This document shows, one piece after another, positions 19,318 through 27,893 of a DNA stretch of 64,000 nucleotides (position 1 is its first letter; each line of letters begins with the position of its first letter). The position numbers and the translations under genes were made by a program. This stretch comes from an uncultured Gammaproteobacteria bacterium (GTDB taxonomy: Bacteria; Patescibacteriota; Microgenomatia; Levybacterales; UBA12049), in contig CAZKJM010000001.1 in the NCBI GenBank assembly GCA_964553245.1, positions 81,806 through 145,805 of the forward strand, given 5' to 3'. The notes under the pieces were generated by a model that worked only from the letters and a program-made list of their open reading frames with translations, ran no database searches and was not told the DNA's origin.

Positions 19318-19851
19318 TTAAAATCCTGGATAGATCACCTTTAATTTTTGCTTATCTATACCTAAGATATCAATTGCATCCTGTTTCGTAGCCTCAGAAA
19401 TACAAAATACTATATTAGACTCTTTTTTTACCCAATTAAGTTTTCTTCTTTGCGTCTGAACAATTTTATTGTCTGTTTCTTCTGGTTTAGAATATACAAT
19501 AAGGTCATATAAAATTGTAGCCTTAATTGCCTTTCTTGCTGGCGGTTCCGTCCAATCTGAAGTAATAAATAAATCTATGTCTCCGATAAAATTTTCGATT
19601 GGAACAATGTGAAGCTTATTCCATAAAATATTAAGTAAAGTTGGAGGTAGATTAAACGATTTTATCTTTACGTTATTTGAATTACTAAAATTTAACAAAG
19701 ACGAATCAATTTTTTTTCTTAAAGATGAAAAAAATAAAACATATTCATTCTTTGTGTCAATTTCCAAGAGAGCATTAACTAAGTTTTTAAGATATTCTGA
19801 AACTCCAGTGTTTTTGTATGCTAACTGAGAAATATCTATTCCAATTCTCAT
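19318..19851 (-). CDS. GT4 N-terminal-domain-only ORF (177 aa; possible gene remnant or stand-alone half-domain)
   Basis: It aligns with the N-domains of neighbouring GT4s (MRIGIDISQLAYKNTGVSEYLKNL... versus MKIGIDARFWNQTGIGRYTRNL...). It stops after VIYPGF, and there is no C-terminal nucleotide-binding domain with an E-x7-E motif. A complete GT4 starts 4 nt downstream. Confidence 0.5.
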   Translation of the reverse strand: MRIGIDISQLAYKNTGVSEYLKNLVNALLEIDTKNEYVLFFSSLRKKIDSSLLNFSNSNNVKIKSFNLPPTLLNILWNKLHIVPIENFIGDIDLFITSDWTEPPARKAIKATILYDLIVYSKPEETDNKIVQTQRRKLNWVKKESNIVFCISEATKQDAIDILGIDKQKLKVIYPGF

Positions 19852-19917
19852 TCTTTAATTTTACTATTATTTAACCCTAATCTTCAAATATAAATTATTA
19901 TTTGTTAAAATGCTCCA

Positions 19918-20871
19918 ATGGGAATTGAAACAGAAAACAAAAGTATTATTAATTTAGGATCAAATCCTGAGCAAGAAACAAAAACATACAACATTAATGT
20001 AGATAATTTTATAAAAAAATACAAAGTAGAAGATCAAAAAACCATAGAAGTATTACGAGATTTTCCTACTCTTTGCTATCTTTTAGGAAATGTAACAGAG
20101 GAACCTCAAGGAACTGATTCAAGCCCAGATGGAATAAATCGTCATATTTTTTATTTAACAGAAGGTTCTGGAATGTTCGGATTAAAAAACCCAGAAGATG
20201 CTCAAAGATGGAAAGGTATTTTTAATCATATAATGGGATCTTCTAGGCATGTATATTTTTTATCCGAAAAAATTAATGCTTCAACAGCTAATCAAAAACA
20301 AGAATTATTCGATTTGGGATTTGATATTAATTCTCTTCGACAAATAAATCCTAAAATTCTTAGAGATTTTATGTTTGTTAACCATGCTGCAAGAAGACGA
20401 TTTGATGAAAGAAAATGGCATAATCTAAGAGATGATGCACACCCTGAAGGAGAAAGCGAAGATCTAACTACAAATTTACTTCTAGAAAATGATGCGCCTG
20501 AAGAGTTGATAAATTTAATGCGAGCAGAAAACCATACTTACTTAACCACACTTGGACGGAATAATTATCTTCCGAATCTTTCAATTAATATATTGACCTA
20601 TGGTGACTGGACATTTGGTCAAAAACCAGTCACCATAAAGGAAAGGTTTACTCAGCTAAGAAAATCCCGAAGACAACCCGAAGTAGTACTTAATAAACTT
20701 GAAAACTTCGCGCTTTACTTTGAGAAGTCTATAAAAAAAATATTCGGGGAAAGTATTTTTAGCGACATGATAAAATCTGGTCCTTATAGATGGGAAACAA
20801 AAATTCGAGACGCATATTGTTCTGCTTCTGGATTAACCATCGAAGATGTTTTTCCGAGTTATCGCAGGTAA
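19918..20871 (+). CDS. hypothetical cytoplasmic protein, no recognizable family
   Basis: 317 aa with no TM segments. It is rich in D/E/R/H/G, unlike the Lys/Ile/Phe-rich neighbours. It is the only plus-strand gene in the first 43 kb, lies divergent from 19318..19851, and has a TAAAAT hexamer about 10 nt upstream of the ATG. Confidence 0.5.
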   Translation: MGIETENKSIINLGSNPEQETKTYNINVDNFIKKYKVEDQKTIEVLRDFPTLCYLLGNVTEEPQGTDSSPDGINRHIFYLTEGSGMFGLKNPEDAQRWKGIFNHIMGSSRHVYFLSEKINASTANQKQELFDLGFDINSLRQINPKILRDFMFVNHAARRRFDERKWHNLRDDAHPEGESEDLTTNLLLENDAPEELINLMRAENHTYLTTLGRNNYLPNLSINILTYGDWTFGQKPVTIKERFTQLRKSRRQPEVVLNKLENFALYFEKSIKKIFGESIFSDMIKSGPYRWETKIRDAYCSASGLTIEDVFPSYRR

Positions 20872-20886
20872 TAATTTAATAAAATT

Positions 20887-21117
20887 TTATCCCTTGGATT
20901 CATTTTTAAGCTCCTCAATAAATATAAAGATTATTGCTAAGGCAATAAAGGAAGCTGCATAATAAATCAATCTTTGGGCGGTAAAAAATATCCAACTTGA
21001 AAACAAAGGAATCGCCAATATTAAACAAGCCAATCCTAGACTTAAAGTAAGCTTAAAACTTCGTTTGAAAATTAAAAAAACAAATATTATTAAAAAAATA
21101 GCATCTTGTGGTTTCAT
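20887..21117 (-). CDS. small membrane protein (76 aa, 2 predicted TM helices)
   Basis: Hydrophobic ORF located between the unknown plus-strand gene and the GtrB-like gene. Confidence 0.35.
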   Translation of the reverse strand: MKPQDAIFLIIFVFLIFKRSFKLTLSLGLACLILAIPLFSSWIFFTAQRLIYYAASFIALAIIFIFIEELKNESKG

Positions 21118-21164
21118 TTAAACTGTTAAATAAGATTTAAGCCCGTTTTTTAAAAACATTTTCC

Positions 21165-22118
21165 TTAATCCGTACTATATTTTAGTATATACGAAGAAGA
21201 ATCTACTTGATCGTTTTTCTGATTTAAGTGAAGTAAAAGATCTGCTAAAAATCCAGTAAAAAACACCTGAATACCAGCCAATACTAAAAGAATTCCAAAT
21301 AAAAGAAGTGGTCTGTTACCAATTGATTCACCTTGAAATCTAAGTATGCTTAAGTAGGCTAAGATTATTGAGCCTATTCCAAATAAAATTGATCCAAAAA
21401 TTCCAAAAAAATGCATTGGTTTTTTGCTGTATTTGTGAAGAAATATCATTGTAAACATATCTGGAAGGTCTTTAACAACCTTAGATATACCATATTTAGA
21501 CTTTCCATATCTTCTTTCTTCATGCTTAGTTGGTATTTCTGTTACTTTAAAACCTTGCGCAAAACTAAGCAAAGGAATAAAACGATGCATCCCGCCATAA
21601 AGATTTAAGCTTTTTGCTGCCTCTTTTTTATAAGCTTTTAATCCGCAGTTATAATCATGAAGTTTAACTCCCCAAATCGTAGAAGCAAGAAGATTAAAAA
21701 CTCTCGAGAAAAAAACCTTACCAAGCGAGTCTTTTCTATTTTTTCTCCAACCGGATACAACATCGTATCCTTCATCGAGCTTATTAAGAAGAGCTTTAAT
21801 CTCATCAGGTTTATCTTGTAGATCAGCATCAAGAGTGACCATAAAATCGCCTTTTGCTTTCTGAAAACCAATGGTTAAAACCTCAGCTTTACCCTGATTT
21901 TTCCTTAAAGAAAAAATCCTAACATTCTTATTCTTCTTTTCAAAATCCTTTAAAATCTCTAACGAGCCATCATTTGATCCGTCATCAACGAAAACTACCT
22001 CATAAGATTTGTTAATCTTGGAAAGATTTTTAATAAGCTCATCATAAAAATACTGAAGGCTTTCTTTTTCGTTAAAAACCGGCACAACTATACTCAACAT
22101 ATAGTTGTATTCTACCAT
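21165..22118 (-). CDS. polyprenyl-phosphate glycosyltransferase, GT2 (GtrB/DPM1/ArnC-like) with two C-terminal TM helices
   Basis: MLSIVVPVFNEKESLQYF...YEVVFVDDGSNDGS followed by the DAD region. 317 aa. The C-terminal hydrophobic hairpin is typical of GtrB-type Und-P-sugar synthases. Confidence 0.8.
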   Translation of the reverse strand: MVEYNYMLSIVVPVFNEKESLQYFYDELIKNLSKINKSYEVVFVDDGSNDGSLEILKDFEKKNKNVRIFSLRKNQGKAEVLTIGFQKAKGDFMVTLDADLQDKPDEIKALLNKLDEGYDVVSGWRKNRKDSLGKVFFSRVFNLLASTIWGVKLHDYNCGLKAYKKEAAKSLNLYGGMHRFIPLLSFAQGFKVTEIPTKHEERRYGKSKYGISKVVKDLPDMFTMIFLHKYSKKPMHFFGIFGSILFGIGSIILAYLSILRFQGESIGNRPLLLFGILLVLAGIQVFFTGFLADLLLHLNQKNDQVDSSSYILKYSTD

Positions 22119-24154
22119 TTTTTGGTTACATAACCAAACCCAAGGAAGAATAAAATTGAGGCTAAGGTTATTCCACTTAGAATTAAGCCTGTATCTACGT
22201 ATTTTTGCGGTTCATAATATACTGTTGCAGAGTAAGTCCCATCCTTATTGAGCTTAAAACTGTTAAATAACTTATACTTATCAGACATTATTTTTGAATC
22301 ACCAGCTATAAAACTCCAGTTCTTGTCAAAGCTTTCTGAAAAAATTAAATATGTATTTTTTTGAACATTTTCTAAGCTAACCTCATATTTAACTGGACTT
22401 ACATATTCATATTCAACATTACCCTGCCCAACTAGCCAAAAATGATCTTTTGGATCACTAACTTCAAAAACTTTTATTTTCCCAAAGCCTTCAGCGGGTC
22501 TTAACCAAGCTATCTTATTAATCTCATTTACTGTCTTTAAATATTCAACCTCGCTATATACCCTATCTTCTAAAAATATTTCTCCCTCAGAATCATATGG
22601 AACAATAACATACTTAACTGCTGATTCTCGTAAAAGGTTTTCTGTTTCTTTTTTGTCTAGACTCATAAATAAAGCAGAACTACTTGAGGTATTAAAAAGT
22701 TGAGAAGAGGAAATACTTGGATGTCTATTTGTTCCCATTGCAAATCGTTGTGTTGTTGGAACCCAAAAAGTTCTAAAAAATTGATCTTTTGACGAAATAA
22801 AATTATTTAATTTATCATATTCCAACGGAATACTACCCGGTTTAAAAGTTCCTGTCAGTTGACCAAGAATTGCAGGACAAATAAGAAACATTAAATAAAA
22901 GATAACAAGTAGTAAGAATAAATTTGGTAGGATTTTTTTATTTTTAAGTTGTAATTTTGAATTTTGAATTTTGAATTTTGAATTTATGAACACATATATT
23001 TTCGATACAGAGAATGGAATTAACATCGAATAAGATAAAACAATCAAGGCATAAAACTTCGTCGGGTCTCTAAACATCTGCATACCGGGAAGATGATTAA
23101 ATAGCCATAAATATATATTTCCAAACGGCTCATTTGATCCCTTTGCCAAAAATGCTCCAAATAGTCCCAATACTAAAAAATAGATAATATAAAGTTTTTC
23201 TTTTGAACTTTTTAATCCTTTAATAAAAAATAAGCTTAAATAAGCTAATATTGGTAAAATCAAGAATTCCGGCTTTAAAAAATATACTTTTCCAAAAATA
23301 TTTTCCGGCCAATTCGGATGAAGAAGAGAAAAAGAATTCTCAAATTTTGCAAAACTAAAAAACATTACGCCTTGAGAAGTGCTATACGCACTACCCATCT
23401 GCTCTATTGGATTTTGCCCAACAAGTAAAATTGGCAGAATCCAGTAAGAATTTAAAAGCAAAACAATAAATAAAGATAAAATAAACAATATTAAAGTATT
23501 GAAAAATACTTTCTTGTTTACATTTAATAAATTAAAAAGTAATAGAAGCAAAAATATAGAACATATTGCAACATATCCGATTCTTAAATCAAGCATTATC
23601 TGGATAGTTAAAATTAATCCTATTATTAATGTTTTTCTAAATAATTCATAAAAAGATATTTTTACAAAATTGTCTTTGGCAAAAATATTAATAAAAGAAT
23701 ATAAAGTTATTGGAATAAGTGCTATGGATAATGCAATAAATATTTGTCCGCCTCCAACAAGCATTAAAACATAGGAATTAAATAAAAATATTAAAGGGGT
23801 TAAAAAATAAAAATTATTATTTTTAAATAATCTCTTAAAAAGAAAACTTGAGGAAATTATTGAAAGTACAATAAAAGAATAAAAAAATGCAATTTTTTGA
23901 ATTAATTCTAAATTTATTTTTAAAAGATTACCTAAGAATAAAGGAAAACCAATAATAAAATTTAACCATCCATAAGCGTACATTGGTCCTCCCAATCCAC
24001 TTAAACCATTTCCCCAAGCGAATGCATTTAAAGTTGGGTTACTTACTGACAATGTAAAATCTCCCGAATTAACAGCGTTTCCTATAAACCAATTTCTAAA
24101 AACCGTTATTGTTAAAACAAAAAACAAGACTAGGGGAAAATTTTTTAATTTCAT
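22112..24154 (-). CDS. polytopic membrane protein, GT-C/YfhO-like architecture (about 14 TM helices, then a C-terminal soluble domain and a terminal TM anchor)
   Basis: 680 aa. The start overlaps the GtrB-like gene by 7 nt. The ORF contains a heptanucleotide tandem repeat. Confidence 0.5.
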   Translation of the reverse strand: MKLKNFPLVLFFVLTITVFRNWFIGNAVNSGDFTLSVSNPTLNAFAWGNGLSGLGGPMYAYGWLNFIIGFPLFLGNLLKINLELIQKIAFFYSFIVLSIISSSFLFKRLFKNNNFYFLTPLIFLFNSYVLMLVGGGQIFIALSIALIPITLYSFINIFAKDNFVKISFYELFRKTLIIGLILTIQIMLDLRIGYVAICSIFLLLLLFNLLNVNKKVFFNTLILFILSLFIVLLLNSYWILPILLVGQNPIEQMGSAYSTSQGVMFFSFAKFENSFSLLHPNWPENIFGKVYFLKPEFLILPILAYLSLFFIKGLKSSKEKLYIIYFLVLGLFGAFLAKGSNEPFGNIYLWLFNHLPGMQMFRDPTKFYALIVLSYSMLIPFSVSKIYVFINSKFKIQNSKLQLKNKKILPNLFLLLVIFYLMFLICPAILGQLTGTFKPGSIPLEYDKLNNFISSKDQFFRTFWVPTTQRFAMGTNRHPSISSSQLFNTSSSSALFMSLDKKETENLLRESAVKYVIVPYDSEGEIFLEDRVYSEVEYLKTVNEINKIAWLRPAEGFGKIKVFEVSDPKDHFWLVGQGNVEYEYVSPVKYEVSLENVQKNTYLIFSESFDKNWSFIAGDSKIMSDKYKLFNSFKLNKDGTYSATVYYEPQKYVDTGLILSGITLASILFFLGFGYVTKKW
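22953..22987. repeat. heptanucleotide tandem repeat: four perfect AATTTTG units (22953-22980) plus one imperfect unit (AATTTAT, 22981-22987) inside the coding sequence of 22112..24154
   Basis: Read directly: gtAATTTTGAATTTTGAATTTTGAATTTTGaatttatgaa. On the minus strand it encodes ...NSKFKIQNSKLQ.... The unit length is not a multiple of 3. Confidence 0.85.
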
Positions 24155-24474
24155 TTTTTATAAAATCTATCTTTAAATAAAAGATAAAAATATTTAGCTA
24201 ATGACAAAACGAGAAACCCATAAACAAAAGACATATAATGATTTGCTTCGACGGGAGAATTTAAAAGAAAGCTTACTATGCTTATACAAAAAAATATTAA
24301 AGCACAAATTTCAAAACTGAATCTTAATAAAACTAATATTATACAAAAAGTATAAATTACAAAATAATTTATATCGAATATCTGTCTTAATATAAAATAA
24401 TACAAAATAAAAAAAGGCCATTGCAAAAATCTATTGCTTTTTTTATCAAAATATTTTAACCACAACTTTTTCAT
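24151..24474 (-). CDS. small 3-4 TM membrane protein, possible GtrA-like flippase component
   Basis: 107 aa. It sits between two GT-C-like genes and downstream of the GtrB-like gene. The basic C-terminal tail ...AKYFYLLFKDRFYKK resembles GtrA-family C-termini only loosely. Confidence 0.3.
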   Translation of the reverse strand: MKKLWLKYFDKKSNRFLQWPFFILYYFILRQIFDINYFVIYTFCIILVLLRFSFEICALIFFCISIVSFLLNSPVEANHYMSFVYGFLVLSLAKYFYLLFKDRFYKK

Positions 24475-27400
24475 TTTTTATTAAGTCTTATATACAAAAT
24501 TAATGTTAAAATGAATACTGCTACTAAGATAAAAGCATTTCTTATCGTCTTTTTATACCCGATATATTCAATAATTATCGTGTCCGTTGGAGAATCTATG
24601 TACCATGCATTCGAGTATGAACTAGAAAAATGGTAATAATTTTTTTTATTATCATCTATTGGATAAGCAATCCAATCTTTATTATACGTTTGATTAAAAG
24701 CTAAAAATCCAGAAAAATTTTTTGACATTTTTAATTCATATTTCATTGGACTGTTTTTTCTTACATCTAAAATTCTTCCTGTTGTTTGTTTTTTGGAAGT
24801 TTCTAGCAAACAGTAAAGCCTTACATCGTCATTGCCTACTTCAGGAGAAATTATAAAATCATTATAAATACTAGGATTATTAGAATTCGTATCTAAATTA
24901 ATCACATAAAAATAATACACTGGGTGATCAAAATTATTCACATTAAATTCCTTCGAAAAAGCTTGTTGCTTATTGCTCTTTTTGAGTATCGTTCCAAAAA
25001 CAATAGAATTTTTATCGTGTACTCCATCTCTTATTTCATTTAAATCTAATTTTCCCTTGGACAATAACAAAACATATGTTCCTTCAGATTCTTCATTAAG
25101 AGTAAAACCAATATGATAGCTTCCATTTTTTAGCAAACCAGCTTTTATCTCATTTATACCTCCTACATTTTCCTGCAGACTATCTAACTCTAAGATATTT
25201 TTTACATTATATTTAATCTCTGCTTGAAAGCTTCCTTTTGAAAGAGTAATGTAACCCGGAAGAGATAACTCGTTATTGTTAATAGTAACTTTATTAATAT
25301 TTAAATTACTATTTCTTGCCTCAGCGAAACACCTATAATCTCCTGTATGTGATATATCAAGCCTCATTCTGTAAACTTTTTCAATATAATCTGTCTCCCA
25401 AATATTGTTTTTAATATCATTAATTGACTTTTCTATGTATGATAAAAGATAAAGTATTTGCGTATTCAGCTCATTATCTCTTAGGGGATTGATTTTTGTA
25501 GGATTAAAATTTCCACCGGTAACAAAGTTTATCAATTTTTCCTGCTGTGGGATTAGAAAATTAATTACTTCAATACTTTTGTTGTTTTTTGTAAAAAAAT
25601 CTGAATTTAACGAATTTAAATTATTTATCGTGTCTCTAAAAGATAAAATATATTTTGACGCCTGGTCCTTAACTTCGCCTGTTGTACCATTATCTATTTT
25701 TTTAAATAAATTCAAAAATTCATTCTGGGTATGAATTAACGAATAACTAATTTTATCTTCATCGGTTAATATTACTGGATTTGTCTTTCCGATAATTGTT
25801 TTTATTACCGTTTTAATTTTCTTTATGAAGCTATCGTCATCTACTTGAGGTAATTTTGCATTAATCTTAATGCAGCCTACGCAATTGGCAACAGAAGAAT
25901 AATCACTAATTTTTTCACTAAATTGCTTTAGTAAAGTATTTTCACTTACAATGATGTATCCCTCAACTGCGCCTATTTGTCTTGATAAAATCTCAAATTC
26001 CTCCCCTGAATTTAGTTGTAAATTAGTATATACCAGCCTTGAAGGCGTTGAAAAACCATAGTTAAAATCTTTAATTGTATTTAACTTAAATAACTTAAAA
26101 TATGTATTTTCATAAATCTTATTAAATTCTTCATCTTTTTCAAGCCCAAAAGCTATTTTTTCCGGATCAATATCATTTAAGTTTAAATAATTTGTGTAGT
26201 AAAAAGGCACATTATCTTTTTTTACTAAAACTAAACCTATTTGGTTTTGGACTAGAAAATTTTTAAAATCTTGCAAGTTATCTTTTTGAAGCATCAAATA
26301 TGGAGACATATTAAAAGAATCAGGTTTGTTTTGAATAAATTGTGTATTTAAAAAACTGCAATTTATCAACCTGTTTAAAATTTCCTGTCCAACATAGGAG
26401 TAACCCGTTTTTTCCCATACTGCGTTTGAGATAATTGATGTTTTCGGAATAACAAGAGTTGTCGTACGTTGACATTCCTTTTCTAAATTGAGTTTTAAAT
26501 CATAATATTCAACTGGAATTTGAGTTTTTGAACTAAAAACATAGTCTTTATTACCGTAAGTGAAATTAACTTTTTTAACATTGTCGTAAGAAAAAATAAA
26601 AAATGGTCCCGTTATTATCGCGGTAACACACAGCACAAGAAAAAATGTAGCAAATATTGTCTTTTTCATTTTGTAGCGAATAAGATAATCCAGTAGTAGC
26701 ATTAAACCAACACCTGTTAAAACAAAGTAACTGAAAAAGTAAAAAAGTCCTGCTTTTTGATACGCATCTCTAAACGCTCCAAAAAATGGAATATAATCAA
26801 ATGCAAATCTTAATATCCAAGACAATGGAGGATTCCCGGCTTTCATAATAAATATGAACATCAGAAGTAAAAATAAAAAATATATTAAAATATTTTTATT
26901 CTTTATATTTTTTAGCCTAAGCATCAAAAAAACAATCAAAAAGGGAAGAAGGAAAATCGGTAAAGTGAAAACAGAACCGCTGACATAAAATTCATTCCAG
27001 CTAAATGCATTATTTATCATCATCGGACTACCCAAGATCCTTAAAATATTTAACAAGGTGCTCCCTTGGGCATTAACGTCAAGATATATAGAGGTTCCCA
27101 AGCTAGCCTGGGATTCATACTGCTTAGCCAAAATTGAGATTATTGGAGAAAACCACCACGAGTTAATTAAAACGACTAATAAAAAGAATAAACAAATATT
27201 TAATGTTTTCCTACTGATTAATTTTGTATTAGAAGTAAAAAAATAAAAGAATAGGTATATAAAGATGATTATTAAATATTGAGCAAGATAGATATATGAA
27301 ATAAATCCTGGGATTAAAAATAATTCACTCAAAAAAAATGCGAATAACCAAAATGACCTTTTATGCTGATTATTTTTGTCTAATGGAAAAAGCTTAATAA

Positions 27401-27893
27401 GACATAAAAAATTAAATGGAAGCATGCTGTAAATATAAATTTGGGGATTAAACATAAAATAAGCATAATAAAAAGTGTAAAGATTTAAAGAATAAATAAT
27501 TGAAAATGAAATGATGCCGAGTGAAATATATTTATTCTTATTAATTTTTAGATAACTGGCAAGATAGCTCAAGAATAAATAATAGCTAATAATAGATAAC
27601 ATTATGAAAGAAATATATAGAAGAAATTGCGCAGTTGACAAGCTTGAAAATAACTCCGCAAATAAGGATGTTGGCAAAACATAAGGAATCCAAGCCCAGC
27701 CAAAACCAAAATCACCAGGAAAAATATTGCTATCCCATGTATCAAGAAAATGTAAAGAATGCGTTAAATCAAAAGAAAGAAGACTATCCCAATAATAAAT
27801 GATTGTACCTCCCTCAAACCATTTATGTACTGCCATTACCGCAATAAAAAAACTAAATATAATTAAAACAACTGCCTTCAGGATTTTGCTCAT
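24471..27893 (-). CDS. 1140-aa giant membrane glycosyltransferase-like protein (N-terminal GT-C-like polytopic domain, about 680-aa extracytoplasmic domain, C-terminal TM anchor; AftD-like architecture)
   Basis: About 12 N-terminal TM helices with an acidic first loop (YYWDSLLSFDLTHSLHFLDTWDSNIFPGDFGFGW). A long hydrophilic region rich in N/Y/T follows, and the final segment is a TM helix, ...AFILVAVFILTLILYIRLNKK. Confidence 0.5.
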   Translation of the reverse strand: MSKILKAVVLIIFSFFIAVMAVHKWFEGGTIIYYWDSLLSFDLTHSLHFLDTWDSNIFPGDFGFGWAWIPYVLPTSLFAELFSSLSTAQFLLYISFIMLSIISYYLFLSYLASYLKINKNKYISLGIISFSIIYSLNLYTFYYAYFMFNPQIYIYSMLPFNFLCLIKLFPLDKNNQHKRSFWLFAFFLSELFLIPGFISYIYLAQYLIIIFIYLFFYFFTSNTKLISRKTLNICLFFLLVVLINSWWFSPIISILAKQYESQASLGTSIYLDVNAQGSTLLNILRILGSPMMINNAFSWNEFYVSGSVFTLPIFLLPFLIVFLMLRLKNIKNKNILIYFLFLLLMFIFIMKAGNPPLSWILRFAFDYIPFFGAFRDAYQKAGLFYFFSYFVLTGVGLMLLLDYLIRYKMKKTIFATFFLVLCVTAIITGPFFIFSYDNVKKVNFTYGNKDYVFSSKTQIPVEYYDLKLNLEKECQRTTTLVIPKTSIISNAVWEKTGYSYVGQEILNRLINCSFLNTQFIQNKPDSFNMSPYLMLQKDNLQDFKNFLVQNQIGLVLVKKDNVPFYYTNYLNLNDIDPEKIAFGLEKDEEFNKIYENTYFKLFKLNTIKDFNYGFSTPSRLVYTNLQLNSGEEFEILSRQIGAVEGYIIVSENTLLKQFSEKISDYSSVANCVGCIKINAKLPQVDDDSFIKKIKTVIKTIIGKTNPVILTDEDKISYSLIHTQNEFLNLFKKIDNGTTGEVKDQASKYILSFRDTINNLNSLNSDFFTKNNKSIEVINFLIPQQEKLINFVTGGNFNPTKINPLRDNELNTQILYLLSYIEKSINDIKNNIWETDYIEKVYRMRLDISHTGDYRCFAEARNSNLNINKVTINNNELSLPGYITLSKGSFQAEIKYNVKNILELDSLQENVGGINEIKAGLLKNGSYHIGFTLNEESEGTYVLLLSKGKLDLNEIRDGVHDKNSIVFGTILKKSNKQQAFSKEFNVNNFDHPVYYFYVINLDTNSNNPSIYNDFIISPEVGNDDVRLYCLLETSKKQTTGRILDVRKNSPMKYELKMSKNFSGFLAFNQTYNKDWIAYPIDDNKKNYYHFSSSYSNAWYIDSPTDTIIIEYIGYKKTIRNAFILVAVFILTLILYIRLNKK

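Noticed and set aside
21165-22118. Possibility that the GtrB-like gene and the flanking GT-C gene are prophage-derived gtrABC serotype-conversion genes
   Set aside because: There is no integrase, attachment-site repeats, tRNA or phage structural genes nearby, and the composition matches the surrounding locus. The module looks native.
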